Made by a program: the position numbers and the translations under genes
Shown: positions 1 to 12,480 of the stretch, one piece after another
How positions within the stretch are numbered: the first letter of the stretch is position 1
Layout of the letters: each line of letters begins with the position of its first letter
Assembly: GCA_951406725.2 (NCBI GenBank)
Contig: OX597835.1
Location: forward strand, 17,050,001-17,114,000
DNA from: Octopus vulgaris
Taxonomy: Eukaryota
Direction: 5' to 3'
Length of the DNA stretch: 64,000 bases
The notes under the pieces: generated by a model
The model's database searches: none
Told to the model about the DNA's origin: nothing
The model's input: only the letters and a program-made list of their open reading frames with translations

Positions 1-265
1 GAAAGAAGGTTAAGGAGGGGATCGACACTTTTGAGAGAGCACGTATCCAGCATGAAGAACTTAAGCGAGCTGTGCGAAAGCGCACGGCTCGTATAGTGAA
101 TGGGGAAAGCTTGGTCTGCAATGTTTGCAGTCGTGTATGCTTGTCAAGAGCAGGGCTCATTAGCCACCAACGGAGCCGCAAATGCAAAATATAAGTTAGT
201 CCTAGAGCGCAAAATGTTCCTGAAGGTCGGCAATGGTCTTCCTCGGTCACGAGTGGACGGCCATC
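1..265 (+). mobile_element. 3' end of an RTE-clade LINE (ORF C-terminus plus short 3' UTR), cut by the window edge
   Basis: Frame 3..194 reads KKVKEGIDTFERARIQHEELKRAVRKRTARIVNGESLVCNVCSRVCLSRAGLISHQRSRKCKI*, matching the RTE C-terminal helix plus CxxC...GLxSHxR zinc-finger-like tail. The 3' UTR has a hairpin CTCG-gtca-CGAG (242-253), followed by (TA)n. Confidence 0.85.
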
Positions 266-974
266 ATATATATATATATTCGTATACATATACATATGTA
301 TATAAATATATATATACATATACATATTTATATATATATATACATATATATACATATATATATATAAGGTCAAGAAATACATTCTATCTAATACTGCTTG
401 CTTGTATAGGGTCTGAAATTCCTTGACGGACGCATAGGGGCACAACCGATATATATATGCTATGAGTCTTTTACATTTTTTAGATGTGGTGGAGTCCACT
501 TTCGGCAGCTCCGAGCACAATCGATTTCTCTCAGAGAGAGACAGGGTAAGAAAGAGCGAGAAAAGAAAAGAAAAGAAAAGAAAGAGAGACAGAGAGAAGA
601 AGAAAGAAAAATTACCATTAGTGACAGCCTGGTACTTGATTAACCTCGAAAGAATAAAAAAAAACTCAATATTGACTACGCTTGGATGTTTGAACTTAGG
701 GAAAATGGCATCAGAACGATTATTGTAGAACAATCTATTTGACGCTCTAACGATCCTGGCCATACTAAATTTTTACTTAAGAAGTGTATGTTTTTTTGCA
801 AAGCCCCTCTCACTCGATAAAACTATGTAGATTGTCGTTTATGGGGCAAAAATGTTTAACAGAGGAATATTTTGATAAATATCACGTTCAAAATATTCTG
901 TCCGGAAATGCAACGAAACAACGGGTTTGATCTATTTTGACACTAGGTCAGCAACTTCGTAGAAGTGGGAAAAA

Positions 975-1543
975 TCGTTTACATCGACCCCAGTGTTCAA
1001 ATGGTATTTATTTTATGAATGGACTGGAAGCACTCCGTCGGTTACGACGATGAGGGTTCCGGTTGATCCGAATCAACGGAACAGCCTGCTCGTGAAATTA
1101 ACGTGTAAGTGGCTGAGCACTCCACAGACACGTGTACCCTTAACGTAGTTCTCGGGGATATTCAGCGTGACACAGAGAGTGACAAGGCCGGCCCTTTGAA
1201 ATACAGGTACAACAGAAACAGGAAGTAAGAGCGAGAGAAAGTTGTGGTGAAAGAGTACAGCAGGGATCACCACCATCCCCCGCCGGAGCCTCGTGGAGCT
1301 TTTAGGTGTTTTCGCTCAATAAACACTCACAACGCCCGGTCTGGGAATCGAAACCGCGATCCTATGACCGCGAGTCCGCTGCCCTAACCACTGGGCCATT
1401 GCGCCTCCACTATTTTATGAATAGCTAAGGGGTGAAATGTAACGCCGACCTCGGCAGAATTTGAACTCAGAATGTGAAAACGGACGAAGTGCTGCTAAGC
1501 GTTTTGTCCAGAGTGTCAACGATTCTCTCATCTCACCGCCTTG
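975..1543 (-). mobile_element. Older SINE family B copy, interrupted by a family A SINE
   Basis: Segments 975-1020 and 1423-1543 join into the reverse complement of the family B SINE at 15397 (aaggcgg..., ctgagttcaaattctgccgaggtcg, cactggggtcgatgtaa). Confidence 0.75.
1021..1410 (-). mobile_element. Full-length tRNA-derived SINE, family A
   Basis: Near-identical reverse complement of 10334-10721. Pol III A box TGGCCCAGTGG and B box GTTTCGATTCC; 12-bp TSD TATTTTATGAAT at 1009-1020 and 1411-1422. Confidence 0.95.
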
Positions 1544-1763
1544 ACAACAACGCTAATATTAGTAACAACACTATAATTAGCGCAAAGCAACAAAAACACG
1601 GCGGTGACAGCGACGTCTACAACAACAAAAGCCATTGATTGGCAATAAATTAGTCGATCATCGATATGATTTGTCCTTTTTCTTTTTGTCAATCACAGAA
1701 ATCAATCGTGGTTTTACCGTCGACATCAGCAGCATGGCCGCCGCGATCAAGGCGGGAACGACA

Positions 1764-1866
1764 CTACGACTACGAAGCAACCACCACCATCACCACCACC
1801 ACCGCCACTGCATTCGTCACCACCTCAGCCACCATCACCACAACCGGCACTATATCCACCAAAACT

Positions 1867-1919
<53 letters not shown>

Positions 1920-2390
1920 AAACTACTACTAAAACTATAACTACCACTGCAGCTACCTCTACTGCTACTGCTACAACTACTACTAGCGCTACTACCACCA
2001 AGACTTCCACTGCTGCTGCTCCTACTACTACTACTACCAGAACTACTACTACTACTACTACTACAGCCACCACCAACCACTCTTCTCACGACCACGACCA
2101 CTACTACTACTACTACTACAGCCACCACCAACCACTCTTCCCACGACCACAACCACGACCACTACCACTACTACTACTACTACTAATATGGCTACTAGTA
2201 GCCACTACTGGTGCTTCTGCTACTACTACTTCTACCATTATTATAACAAAGACCTCCAGCACCGTTACTAATTAATAACACCATGATGATCCCAACACTG
2301 ACCGCAACCGACCAGCTCCCCTAGGACTCTCCCCCCCCCACCGCCACAACTGTCTTCCACTAATATCACCAGCGCCACTAACACCGACAT
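1764..2390. repeat. Compound (CAC)n/(TAC)n trinucleotide repeat
   Basis: Direct reading; source of the poly-T/Y/H/V ORFs. Confidence 0.95.
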
Positions 2391-2609
2391 CGTTATTTTA
2401 CATATACAAAGTGGGGTGGACGACAAGCATCATGTGATCTCTGAGGCGAAACCAATGGAAATTATTATAGTATTAGATTTCTTCGGCCGCCATAAATCTT
2501 ATCAATGGACACTTCCTCTTAGGACCGGAAGTAACAGCGAGGAAAGTAGAAAAAAATTAGAGACTGGGAAACAGTTATAGAGAGAGAAGGATATTGAAAG
2601 CACAACACA

Positions 2610-2705
<96 letters not shown>

Positions 2706-2795
2706 TTACACATATATTCATCATACATATAAATATCCACACAGATAGTTGGGTATAAACAGGACAGATAGAGGGAAAGTGAAGTAAAGGTGAAA

Positions 2796-2854
<59 letters not shown>

Positions 2855-2923
2855 GATATACGCGTATATATGTGTGTGCGTGTAAGAAGGATATATATGT
2901 ACACACACATACATATACATATG

Positions 2924-2969
<46 letters not shown>

Positions 2970-3145
2970 AATTTGTATACATACACACCCACACCCAACA
3001 CATGTTTATAAACTAACAGACACAGTGGTATTGAGATGCACACACAAACTCATACACACACACACACACACACCCACACACACACTCACAAACAAACACA
3101 CAGAAGAAATGAAATAGATGTAGAATAAGAGATAAAAAGTGGGAA

Positions 3146-3179
<34 letters not shown>

Positions 3180-3499
3180 GGGAGAAAGAAAGCGCTGGGT
3201 GCAATGCAGTCAGTAAATGTATTACCTCCTGTGAAGATATCTTGGCCAATATCCAAATGCAGTTGGAATTGTCATAAACCAATAAGTATTATGGTTCCTA
3301 GCTTTGAGAGGAAGTGGAAGGAGTGTTTATATCCAATTCAAAGGAATATTCTATCTCTGCGTCGTTATATATTACGACAACGGTTTTTTAACGTTTTGAG
3401 TTCTAATCTCAAGAAGGTTGTTAAAATGGATTAAAACCCAAGGTTTGGATTCGATGGTGTTGATCAATCAAGAGCAACCTGTTATTGTTTTCTTAAGAA

Positions 3500-3970
3500 G
3501 CGGGCCGCACGAGACATGGATTTTTCTCAAGCGAACCGCACTCCTGAAAAAAAATATTCGAGGTAATTTTTCGTTGGATGTACTATTCATTAGAGCCCCA
3601 CAATCCGCAGATTGTCCATGTCTGGTATAGACTGACTCCTTCTGCTCAAAATTGATGGCCTTGTGTTTGAATCAGAAATCACTAATATTTGGCGAAAGAG
3701 AGTGCCGAACACAGAAACCTTTTTCTTTGGCCAAGCTCTGGTCAACTTCTTCTGAAAGGAATATAAAAGCAGAAAAGAAATTGCTGTCTGCTTGCAATCT
3801 ATTGAAAGGTGAATGACAGTGTGAGCCAGGTCCGAATGAAAGGTTCTTATCTGAACTTGCGCTGATAGATTGAAAGAGGACGACTCAAAAAGAGCGCTTG
3901 ACATAGTGGTCAGAGCGATTGTGCGTTTTGTGGGGTTTCCGCGATTAGCCACCCCACACGTCACCTTCTT
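3500..3970 (+). pseudogene. Probable highly decayed L1/Tx1-type LINE ORF2 C-terminus
   Basis: Broken reading IWRKRVPNTETFFFGQALVNFF* / RNIKAEKKLLS / IER*MTV around 3686-3830 resembles Tx1-type ORF2 C-termini (recalled similarity). Multiple stops and frameshifts. Confidence 0.35.
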
Positions 3971-3999
3971 TTAGGCAATTTCCATTGCTTGTACGAAAT

Positions 4000-4170
4000 G
4001 TCCAGCAGTATGTCTTCCAACGCTTCTCGTTCTGAGTTCAAATTCCACTGACGTTCGCTTTACTTTTCGTCCTTTCGGGGTCACTAAGATAAGTTCCAGT
4101 CTAGCACTGGGGGCGAGGTAATCATCCTCCCTTTCCCTCAAAATTGCTGGCTTTGTGCCAAATTAGAAAA
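4000..4170 (+). mobile_element. Degenerate SINE family B fragment
   Basis: ttctgagttcaaattcc...cgtcctttcggggtc...cactggggg...aaaattgctggctttgtgcca matches the family B body. Confidence 0.7.
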
Positions 4171-4220
4171 ATTGCTATCATTATTGGCGTTACTTTTATT
4201 CGTGTTTTATAGATCTACGT

Positions 4221-4374
4221 CATCCCCGTCACTTAGCGGTTCGGCAAAAGAGACCGATAGAATAAGTACTGGGCTTCCAAAGAATAAGTCCCGGGGTTGA
4301 TTTGCTCGACTAAAGGTGGTGCTCCAGCATGGCCGCAGTCAAATGACTGAAACAAGTAAAAGAGTAAAAGAGAG
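4221..4374 (+). mobile_element. 3' half of SINE family C
   Basis: catccccgtcacttagcggttcggcaaaagagaccgatagaataagtact...gctccagcatggccgcagtcaaatgactgaaacaagtaaaagag, as in the full copy at 31506. Confidence 0.9.
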
Positions 4375-4502
4375 AAAGAGTATTCCTTTATCTCCATTCT
4401 TTCTTTCCCTCTTTCTTTTGTACTTATTTATTTATCTGTGTATTTATATTTTTTTGTTTGTACTATCATTTCTACCTCTCCCTACATCTCCCTCCCACTC
4501 TA

Positions 4503-4540
<38 letters not shown>

Positions 4541-5195
4541 GGAAAGAGACTCTGGTGGAATTAACAAAAAGCGTAATCAATCGGAAGTCATAATTTCATG
4601 AGATATATTAGAAAAAGAAATAAAGAAAAAAACAAAACAAGGTAAAAAACCTTAATGCAACAAAAAAAGAAACTGACAAATAAAAACAAAATAACAAGGA
4701 AGAAATATAGCAAAATTAAAAAAAAAACACTATCGAAAACCCATCAACACTTTACCAAATTCCTCACCAAAGCCTCCATGTTCCTATAAAACCAATACTC
4801 CACAGTCGCTCTACCGTAAAACGGTCTCATGCAAATTAATTCCACCATTGTAAAGCTCTACAGAGGAGTATGTACGTATGTAGGTAGGCATGTGTGTATG
4901 TATGTATGTGTATATGTATGTGTGTATGTATGTATGTATGTGTATATGTATGTGTGAATGTATGTATCTCTATCTGTATATACATAAATTACATGCGTAC
5001 ATACATACATACATGCATGCATGCATACATACATGTATACATACATACGTACATACATACATACACACACACACACATATATATATACACACGTATGTAT
5101 GTATAAAGCATACATACACCTAAATTATATGCATAACAATAAATATGTATACACATGCATATATATCAATACGTATATATATATTTATATATATG

Positions 5196-5236
<41 letters not shown>

Positions 5237-5248
5237 CATATGTATACA

Positions 5249-5288
<40 letters not shown>

Positions 5289-5291
5289 AAT

Positions 5292-5379
<88 letters not shown>

Positions 5380-5570
5380 TTATATGGGTGTAGATGAGTG
5401 GGCATATTGTAGTCAAGCGAAAACTTGCACTGGGATTAATATTGTATGAGAAATGTGCAATCACAACTGGCCCAAGGGAGGAGAAAATTTCTAATGGACA
5501 AAATTATATCTCACTACACACACACACACACAAAAATGCACACATCTGCACATGCACATATACATATACG

Positions 5571-5605
<35 letters not shown>

Positions 5606-5654
5606 GTCATATTAGGTATATACCTACACGTACATATTAGGTATATACCATATT

Positions 5655-5710
<56 letters not shown>

Positions 5711-5978
5711 TACATATATGTATATACACACCTTAATTTCTTGTTTCGTGTTTGTTACCCCACCCGCTACTCTCTCTCACCTCCAGCCTCCACACCTATA
5801 TTTCTCCAATAAATGATTTAAAATGCAGTCTAAAGAGTTATAACTAGTTAACACACTGCTCTCCCCTCTGTTCCCATCTCAACCGATGGTTGGGGAGAAA
5901 GAATCATAGATACTTGCAGGAGATCTTCATTTCAATCTAGCTTAGCATTAAAAAACATAAACACGTTTATATATTATA

Positions 5979-6370
5979 CCAGCAGTATCGCCCGGCGTTG
6001 CTCGGGTTTGTAAGGGAAATAACTATATAAGCATTTTTAGAGAGTTATAGCCAAAAAATAGCAAAAAATGCATTAAAAATGGAAAAAAAATTATGGTAAA
6101 TTTTTTTTTAAATTGTTGACTCATCGTAGACATTTTTAGAGAGTTACTTCCCTTATATAATAGCGAAAAATGCATTAAAATGGAAAAAATGATGGTAAGT
6201 TTTTTTAAATCGTAGACTCATCGTAGACGCGCGCTAATACCCAGAAGGGCTCGATATGAATCACGACTATAAGATACCCGTTTTGGTTACACTGCACCGC
6301 AAAATGTGGGAGTAGTTAGGAATCTAAATCGTAGGAGACAGACACACAACTTGACTTTTATATATAAAGA
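5979..6370 (-). mobile_element. Non-autonomous Helitron copy 1
   Basis: Minus strand starts TCTTTATATATAAAAG and ends with the subterminal hairpin CCCGagcaacgcCGGG then CTGG followed by T. No TSD or TIR. Near-identical to four other copies. Confidence 0.9.
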
Positions 6371-6770
6371 CTAGCAGTATCGCCCGGCGTTGCTCGGGTT
6401 TGTAAAAGAAATAACTATATAAGCATTTTTAGAGAGTTATAGTAAAAAAATAGCAAAAAAATGCATTAAATATGGAAAAAAAATGATGGTAAATTTTTTT
6501 AAAAATCGTTAACTCATCGTAGACATTTTTAGAGAGTTACTTCTCTTATATAATTGCGAAAAAATGCATTAAAAATGGGAAAAATTGATGGTAATTTTTT
6601 TTAAATCGTAGACTCATCGTAGACGCGAGCTAATACCCAGAAGGGCTCGATATGAATCACGACTATAAGATACCCGCTTTTGGTTAAACTGCACCGCAAA
6701 ATGTGGGAGTAGTTAGGAATCTAAATCGTAGGAGACAGACAGCACACAACCTCTCTTTTATATATAAAGA
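6371..6770 (-). mobile_element. Non-autonomous Helitron copy 2, head-to-tail with copy 1
   Basis: A|TC 5' end, hairpin, and CTAG 3' end abutting the TC of copy 1 with no spacer. Confidence 0.92.
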
Positions 6771-6909
6771 TATGAGAGATTTTGATATCCAGAACACTCA
6801 AAACGTCAGCTACGGCTATGTAAGTGTTATACAAGGACCGCAGTTACACTCCCGGTTCGATAACTGCATGAGTGAGGAGTTTAACTCGGCTCGAGTGTGA
6901 GCGTGGATA

Positions 6910-7305
6910 TCTTTATATATAAAAGAGAGGTTGTGTGCTGTCTGTCTCCTACGATTTAGATTCCTAACTACTCCCACATTTTGCGGTGCAGTTTAACCAA
7001 AAGCGGGTATCTTATAGTCGTGATTCATATCGAGCCCTTCTGGGTATTAGCGCGCGTCTACGATGAGTCTACGATTTAAAAAAAAATTACCTTAATTTTT
7101 TTTCCATTTTTAATCCATTTTTGGCATATATAAGGGAAGTAAATCTCTAAAAATGTATTATTAAATCTCAGAACGTAAAAAGCTACAGTAACACCCCCCC
7201 TTTGTGGTTAGCCATATTGAGATGGCTATTATACTTTAGATCTCTAAAAATGCTTATATAGTTATTTCCCTTACAAACCCGAGCAACGCCGGGCGATACT
7301 GCTAG
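6910..7305 (+). mobile_element. Non-autonomous Helitron copy 3, with a variant internal segment
   Basis: A|TCTTTATATATAAAAG ... CCCGAGCAACGCCGGGCGATACTGCTAG|T. About 7156-7250 differs from the other copies. Confidence 0.92.
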
Positions 7306-7441
7306 TGTTAAATAAAATGTGACTACAAAGCCAAGGCAGTGGGAAATTTCTAGGACATATATAAATGTCCTAGAAATATATTATTTTGTTTGCTTCAGTC
7401 ATCGGTTGTCAAGCGATGTTGGAGGGACAAACACAGACACA

Positions 7442-7498
<57 letters not shown>

Positions 7499-7678
7499 AT
7501 ATTGATCACTAAAACTTTTTTCTTCTCTCTGTGCTTATTTTTGTGTTCCTTTCTGTTGAAGAGCGTAGGCTCGAAACGTAAAGGACTTTCTCACTTCCCG
7601 AGAGTTAAACTAATACATCTGTTTGTTGTTTACACACCCGTCTTTTGTCTTTTGTTTTGTTTTGTAAATTCCAACTTT
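7499..7678 (+). mobile_element. Small Penelope-type non-autonomous element (family H1) carrying a hammerhead-like motif
   Basis: Second copy at 47733-47928; both are flanked by microsatellites. Motif ccttt-CTGTTGA-a-GAGC-gtag-GCTC-GAAACGTA-aagg at 7548-7584. Confidence 0.65.
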
Positions 7679-7686
7679 ATATATAC

Positions 7687-7757
<71 letters not shown>

Positions 7758-7830
7758 TGTAATGTGGTGCTCTAGCATATAAAAGTGTAAGTGAACATGC
7801 ACACGGCCACACACACACACACACGCATAC

Positions 7831-7924
<94 letters not shown>

Positions 7925-8980
7925 ATATATATATATATACATACATATATGTATATATATATATATATATATAAATCAATAAATGGTGGGATATATATAT
8001 ATATATATATGCACATATATGCTTATATATATATATGTATATATATGTACGTTTCTCTATGTATGTACGTATGTACATATGTATATATGTATCTATCATT
8101 ATATTCATGCACACATATAAATATGTATTCATGCACATATGCCTGTATGCGTGCCTGTGGATGTGTATATGCCTGTGTGGATGTGTATATGTATGCATGT
8201 GTATGTATGTGTTTATGTATGAATGTACAGTGCTTATCATTGGCGATTGCTTCGGTATTTTTCTTCACTGATTATCGAACGTTCGTGATTATTCTTCGTC
8301 TGTTTTCCCCCCACAGACCATGTAATCGTTTAGTCTATTATATTACGTATTAGACTATTACATCTATTATATTACATTATATTATATCATATTATATCAT
8401 ATTATATTATATTGTATTATATTATATTGTATTATGTTATGATTATTTTCCAATTTGTGCATGTTTTATTTTAGACAATTCTAAGATTAAAATTGAAAAA
8501 GTAAAAAGTATGCAGACACTTAGATGGTAATTTTTTTTTTTTTGTTTGAAATTAGATATTTCAGAATCAAAAAGAGACAGGAATTTGTTAAATGTGCATT
8601 GCATATTTTTACAAAAAATCTATTATGGAACAGCTAGGATGATTAACTTTTCTTATATCAAACATATTGTTTACAAACCACCTAAATTTAACATTATTTC
8701 TTCATATAACTGCTCTCTTTTTAGCGTTATTCCTTGGTATAACGTTTACAACTAATGTTATTTCTTTCCATAACAGCATCTGTGTTGAACGTCAGTTCTT
8801 CATGTAACCGTATCTCTTTTTAGCGACATTTCTTGATGTACCAACATCTATTTTAATCTCGTTACTTCATATAATGTCTGCTATTTTAACGTCATTTTTT
8901 TATATATCGTCATTTCTTCATATGACGTCATCTGCTTCGAACGTCATTTCTTTATAAAACTGCATCTCCTTTTAACGATA

Positions 8981-9370
8981 TCTTTATATATAAAAGTGAA
9001 GTTGTGTGTCTATCTCCTACGATTTAGATTCCTAACTACTCCCACATTTTGCGGTGCAGCTTAACCAAAACCGGGTATCTTATAGTCGTGATTCATATCG
9101 AGCCCTTCTGGGTATTAGCGCGCGTCTACGATGAGTCTACGATTAAAAAATTACCATAATCTTTTTCCATTTTAATGCATTTTTTTCGCTATTATATAAG
9201 GGAAGTAACTCTCTAAAAATGTCTACGATGAGTCAACGATTTAAAAAAATTACCATCATTTTTTTCCATTTTTAATGCATTTTTTTGCTATTTTTTGGCT
9301 ATAACTCTCTAAAAATGCTTATATAGTTATTTCCCTTGCAAACCCGAGCAACGCCGGGCGGTACTGCTAG
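8981..9370 (+). mobile_element. Non-autonomous Helitron copy 4
   Basis: A|TCTTTATATATAAAAG ... CCCGAGCAACGCCGGGCGGTACTGCTAG|T. Confidence 0.92.
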
Positions 9371-9765
9371 TTACTTCATAAGACGTCATATGCTTTGAAC
9401 GTTATTATAATGTCAGCTATTTTAACGTCATTTTTTCATATAACGTCATCTGCTCTTAACGTTATTACTTCATACAATGTCTCTTATTTTAACAACACTT
9501 CTTCATACAAGATGTTTAATGTTGTTTCTTCATAAAACGTCATCATTTTAAATATCATTTGTTAATATAAACATCAACTATTTTCAACATCATTTCGTCA
9601 TACACCGTCCTCTTCTCTTAACGTTATGTCTTCATATATTCTCCCTCATTTTTAGCGTCATCTCTTGATATATCGACGTCAACTTTTAACGTCATTTCTT
9701 TATATATAAATGTGTATTTGTAACGCGATTTCTTTATATAAAGCCAACTATTTTTACCAAATTTC

Positions 9766-9815
<50 letters not shown>

Positions 9816-10333
9816 TATACTTTTATTTGTTTGTCTATGTCTGTCTCTGTTTCTTTCTCTCTCTCTCTCTCTTTCTCTCTCTCTTCTCATTCTATTATAA
9901 TTTTCAGTATCATTTCTTCATAAAACGCTATCTCTTTTTAATATCAGTTCTTCATATAACTCCATCTACTTTTAACGTCATTTCTTTATATTATGCCATC
10001 CATTTTAACGCTATGTATTCATTTAACTTCATATATTTGATACGCCATTTTGTTGAATAACGCCATCGATTTGTATCCTTTTTTATTCGTAAATTAGCTG
10101 TTGGTAGTGTCATCTACAAGTGAAGCGATATATTGGTAACATAGTAATGTAAATTAGATTCAACGTTGTCTATTCATATGTAAATTATTTCTAATGTGAT
10201 CTATCTATAACGTCATCTGTCTGCAACGCCATCAGTTCATTGCCGTCTCTTTGCCACGCCCCCTCTTTGTAACGTTTCCATTTTTAACGTAATATATTTC
10301 TGACGTTATTTATTTGTTACATAATGTCATATT

Positions 10334-10721
10334 GTGGAGGTGCAATGGCCCAGTGGTTAGGGCAGCGGACTCGCGGTCATAGGATCGCGGTTTCGATTCC
10401 CAGACCCGGCGTTGTGAGTGTTTATTGAGCGAAAACACCTAAAGCTCCACGAGGCTCCGGCAGGGGATGGTGGTGATCCCTGCTGTACTATTTCACCACA
10501 ACTTTCTCTCACTCTTACTTCCTGTTTCTGTTGTACCTGTATATCAAAGGGCCGGCCTTGTCACTCTCTGTGTCACGCTGAATATCCCCGAGAACTACGT
10601 TAAGGGTATACGTGTCTGTGGAGTGCTCAGCCACTTACACGTTAATTTCACGAGCAGGCTGTTCCGTTGATTCGGATCAACCGGAACCCTCGTCGTCGTA
10701 ACCGACGGAGTGCTTCCCAAA
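10334..10721 (+). mobile_element. Full-length tRNA-derived SINE, family A
   Basis: A/B boxes; 11-bp TSD AATGTCATATT at 10323-10333 and 10722-10732; 3' hairpin CGTCG-taac-CGACG. Confidence 0.95.
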
Positions 10722-10794
10722 AATGTCATATTTATTACATAGAGAAGTCACCTATTTGCGATGCCGTTTGTTTGTAATGTCATCTGTATTAAGG

Positions 10795-11040
10795 AAAGAC
10801 ACTGACAGGAAAGGATAGAGTGAGAGACAGCGAGCGAAAGAGAGAGAGAGAGAAAGGGTTAAAAAGTATGTTATAAGTAAGAAGAGAAAGAGTGAGAGAG
10901 CAGAGTAAAAGAAGAGTGATGGAGAGATGAGAGAGAGAGAGGTAAACGTAACGAAAAGTAAATAGAAAGGGAGAGATGTATAAATACTAAGAGTAAAAGA
11001 GAGATTGAGAGAGAAGGTGATAATTAGAAAGAGAAAGCGT

Positions 11041-11072
<32 letters not shown>

Positions 11073-11258
11073 ATCAGGGCATGTGTTATAAATAATAAGA
11101 GAATGAACGAGAGAAGAGAGAAGAGAGAAAGAGGAGAATGACGGAGAGAAGGATGAAGGAACGAAAGGTAAATAGATTGAGAGAGATGTATAAATGGTAA
11201 GAGAAAGAAAGATTAAGTGAGAGAAACAAGGTAAAGAGAGAGAGAGAAAGAGAGATAG

Positions 11259-11324
<66 letters not shown>

Positions 11325-11878
11325 TGAGTGAAAAAGACAGAGGAAAAGAAAGAAAGGGAAAGTAAGTGAGAAAGAAAGAAAGAAAGAGATGGTGAAACTA
11401 AAGTGGAACTAAATAGGTGCTTAATTGGAGAGAGAAAAGAAACGATGTCCTGTAAGAGAGAAGGAGAGACAGATAGAAAAGCAGAGAGGGGGAAATAGAG
11501 AGCAGCGAAGAAGAAGTAGAGAGAGAGAGTAACAGAGTGAGAAGAAAAGAAGACTGAGAAGGAGAGAAGAAGGGAGAGAAATCAGAAAGGAACGAAAGAG
11601 GTGTTTAAATTCATAGGAAAACAGAAATATTCTGTGAGAGAGTGGGATAGATAGATTGAAAGAAAGAGAGAGAGAGGATGAGGTAGAGGAGAGTGAGAAA
11701 TATAAAAGAGTGACCGAGAGTGAGAGAGAGAGATAGAGAGAGAGAAGCGAAGAGAGAAAGAGGGAGAGAGTGGCTTATATTGGAGTAAAATATGTGTAAA
11801 TATTCCTGAGGAGACAATAATTTTCAGTTGTGATTAATGACTAGTTAAATAGAGGTAGGAAGGGGGGAGAGATAAAAG

Positions 11879-11944
<66 letters not shown>

Positions 11945-12480
11945 AGTGAGAGATAGGTAGTAGGGAAAGAATAAGAGAAAGGAATAGAGATAGGCAGAAT
12001 GAGAAGAGAGAGAGAGAGAGAGAGAGAGAAAGAAACAGAGACAGACAAACAAATAAAAGTATATATATATATATATATGTGCAGAGAGAAAGAGAGAGAC
12101 AGAGAAAGAGAGACAGAGAAAGAGAGACAGAGGAAAGAGAGAGAGAGAGAGAAAGAGAGAGAGTGGGTGAGAGACATGGATAGGGACGGAATGATGTAGT
12201 TAGATAAAGGCAGAGAGAGAGAGAGAAGCGTTATACAAATATGGACATAGAGAGAGAGAGAGACTGAGAGTGAGGGAGAGAGGAAAGTAGATAAAAAGAT
12301 TGATAGAGAGAGATAAATAGATAGGCAGATAAAAGGCGAGAAAGAGAGAGATAGAAATAGAGATGGAGAGAGAAAGAGAGAGAGAGAAAAGAAGAGGGTA
12401 AGGCACTATTAGAAAAGGACAGGAACAGAGAGAAAAACAGAAAGAAATGGCGAATAAAAACGAAAGAGAAAATACGGAAG
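10795..12480 (+). repeat. ~1.7-kb purine-rich (GA)n-derived tract
   Basis: Strong G/A strand bias with perfect (GA)n and (GATA)n cores. Confidence 0.9.

Larger units (their letters stand above)
8680..10790 (+). repeat. Degenerate minisatellite built on (T/A)AACGTCAT(T/C)T units, interrupted by a Helitron, microsatellites and a SINE
   Basis: Recurring ~17-bp subunits forming a ~35-bp unit such as ttttaacgtcatttcttcatataacgtcatctgc (clearest at 8880-8960, 9420-9470, 9530-9700 and 9950-9990). Confidence 0.75.

Noticed and set aside
10334-10410. tRNA-like sequence (also the heads of SINE families B, C and D)
   Set aside because: A/B boxes continue directly into SINE bodies, some with TSDs; no complete cloverleaf, so not tRNA genes.
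10467-10670. Duplicated 67-aa ORF (also 1073-1276)
   Set aside because: It lies inside SINE family A; the duplication reflects SINE copies, not a gene.
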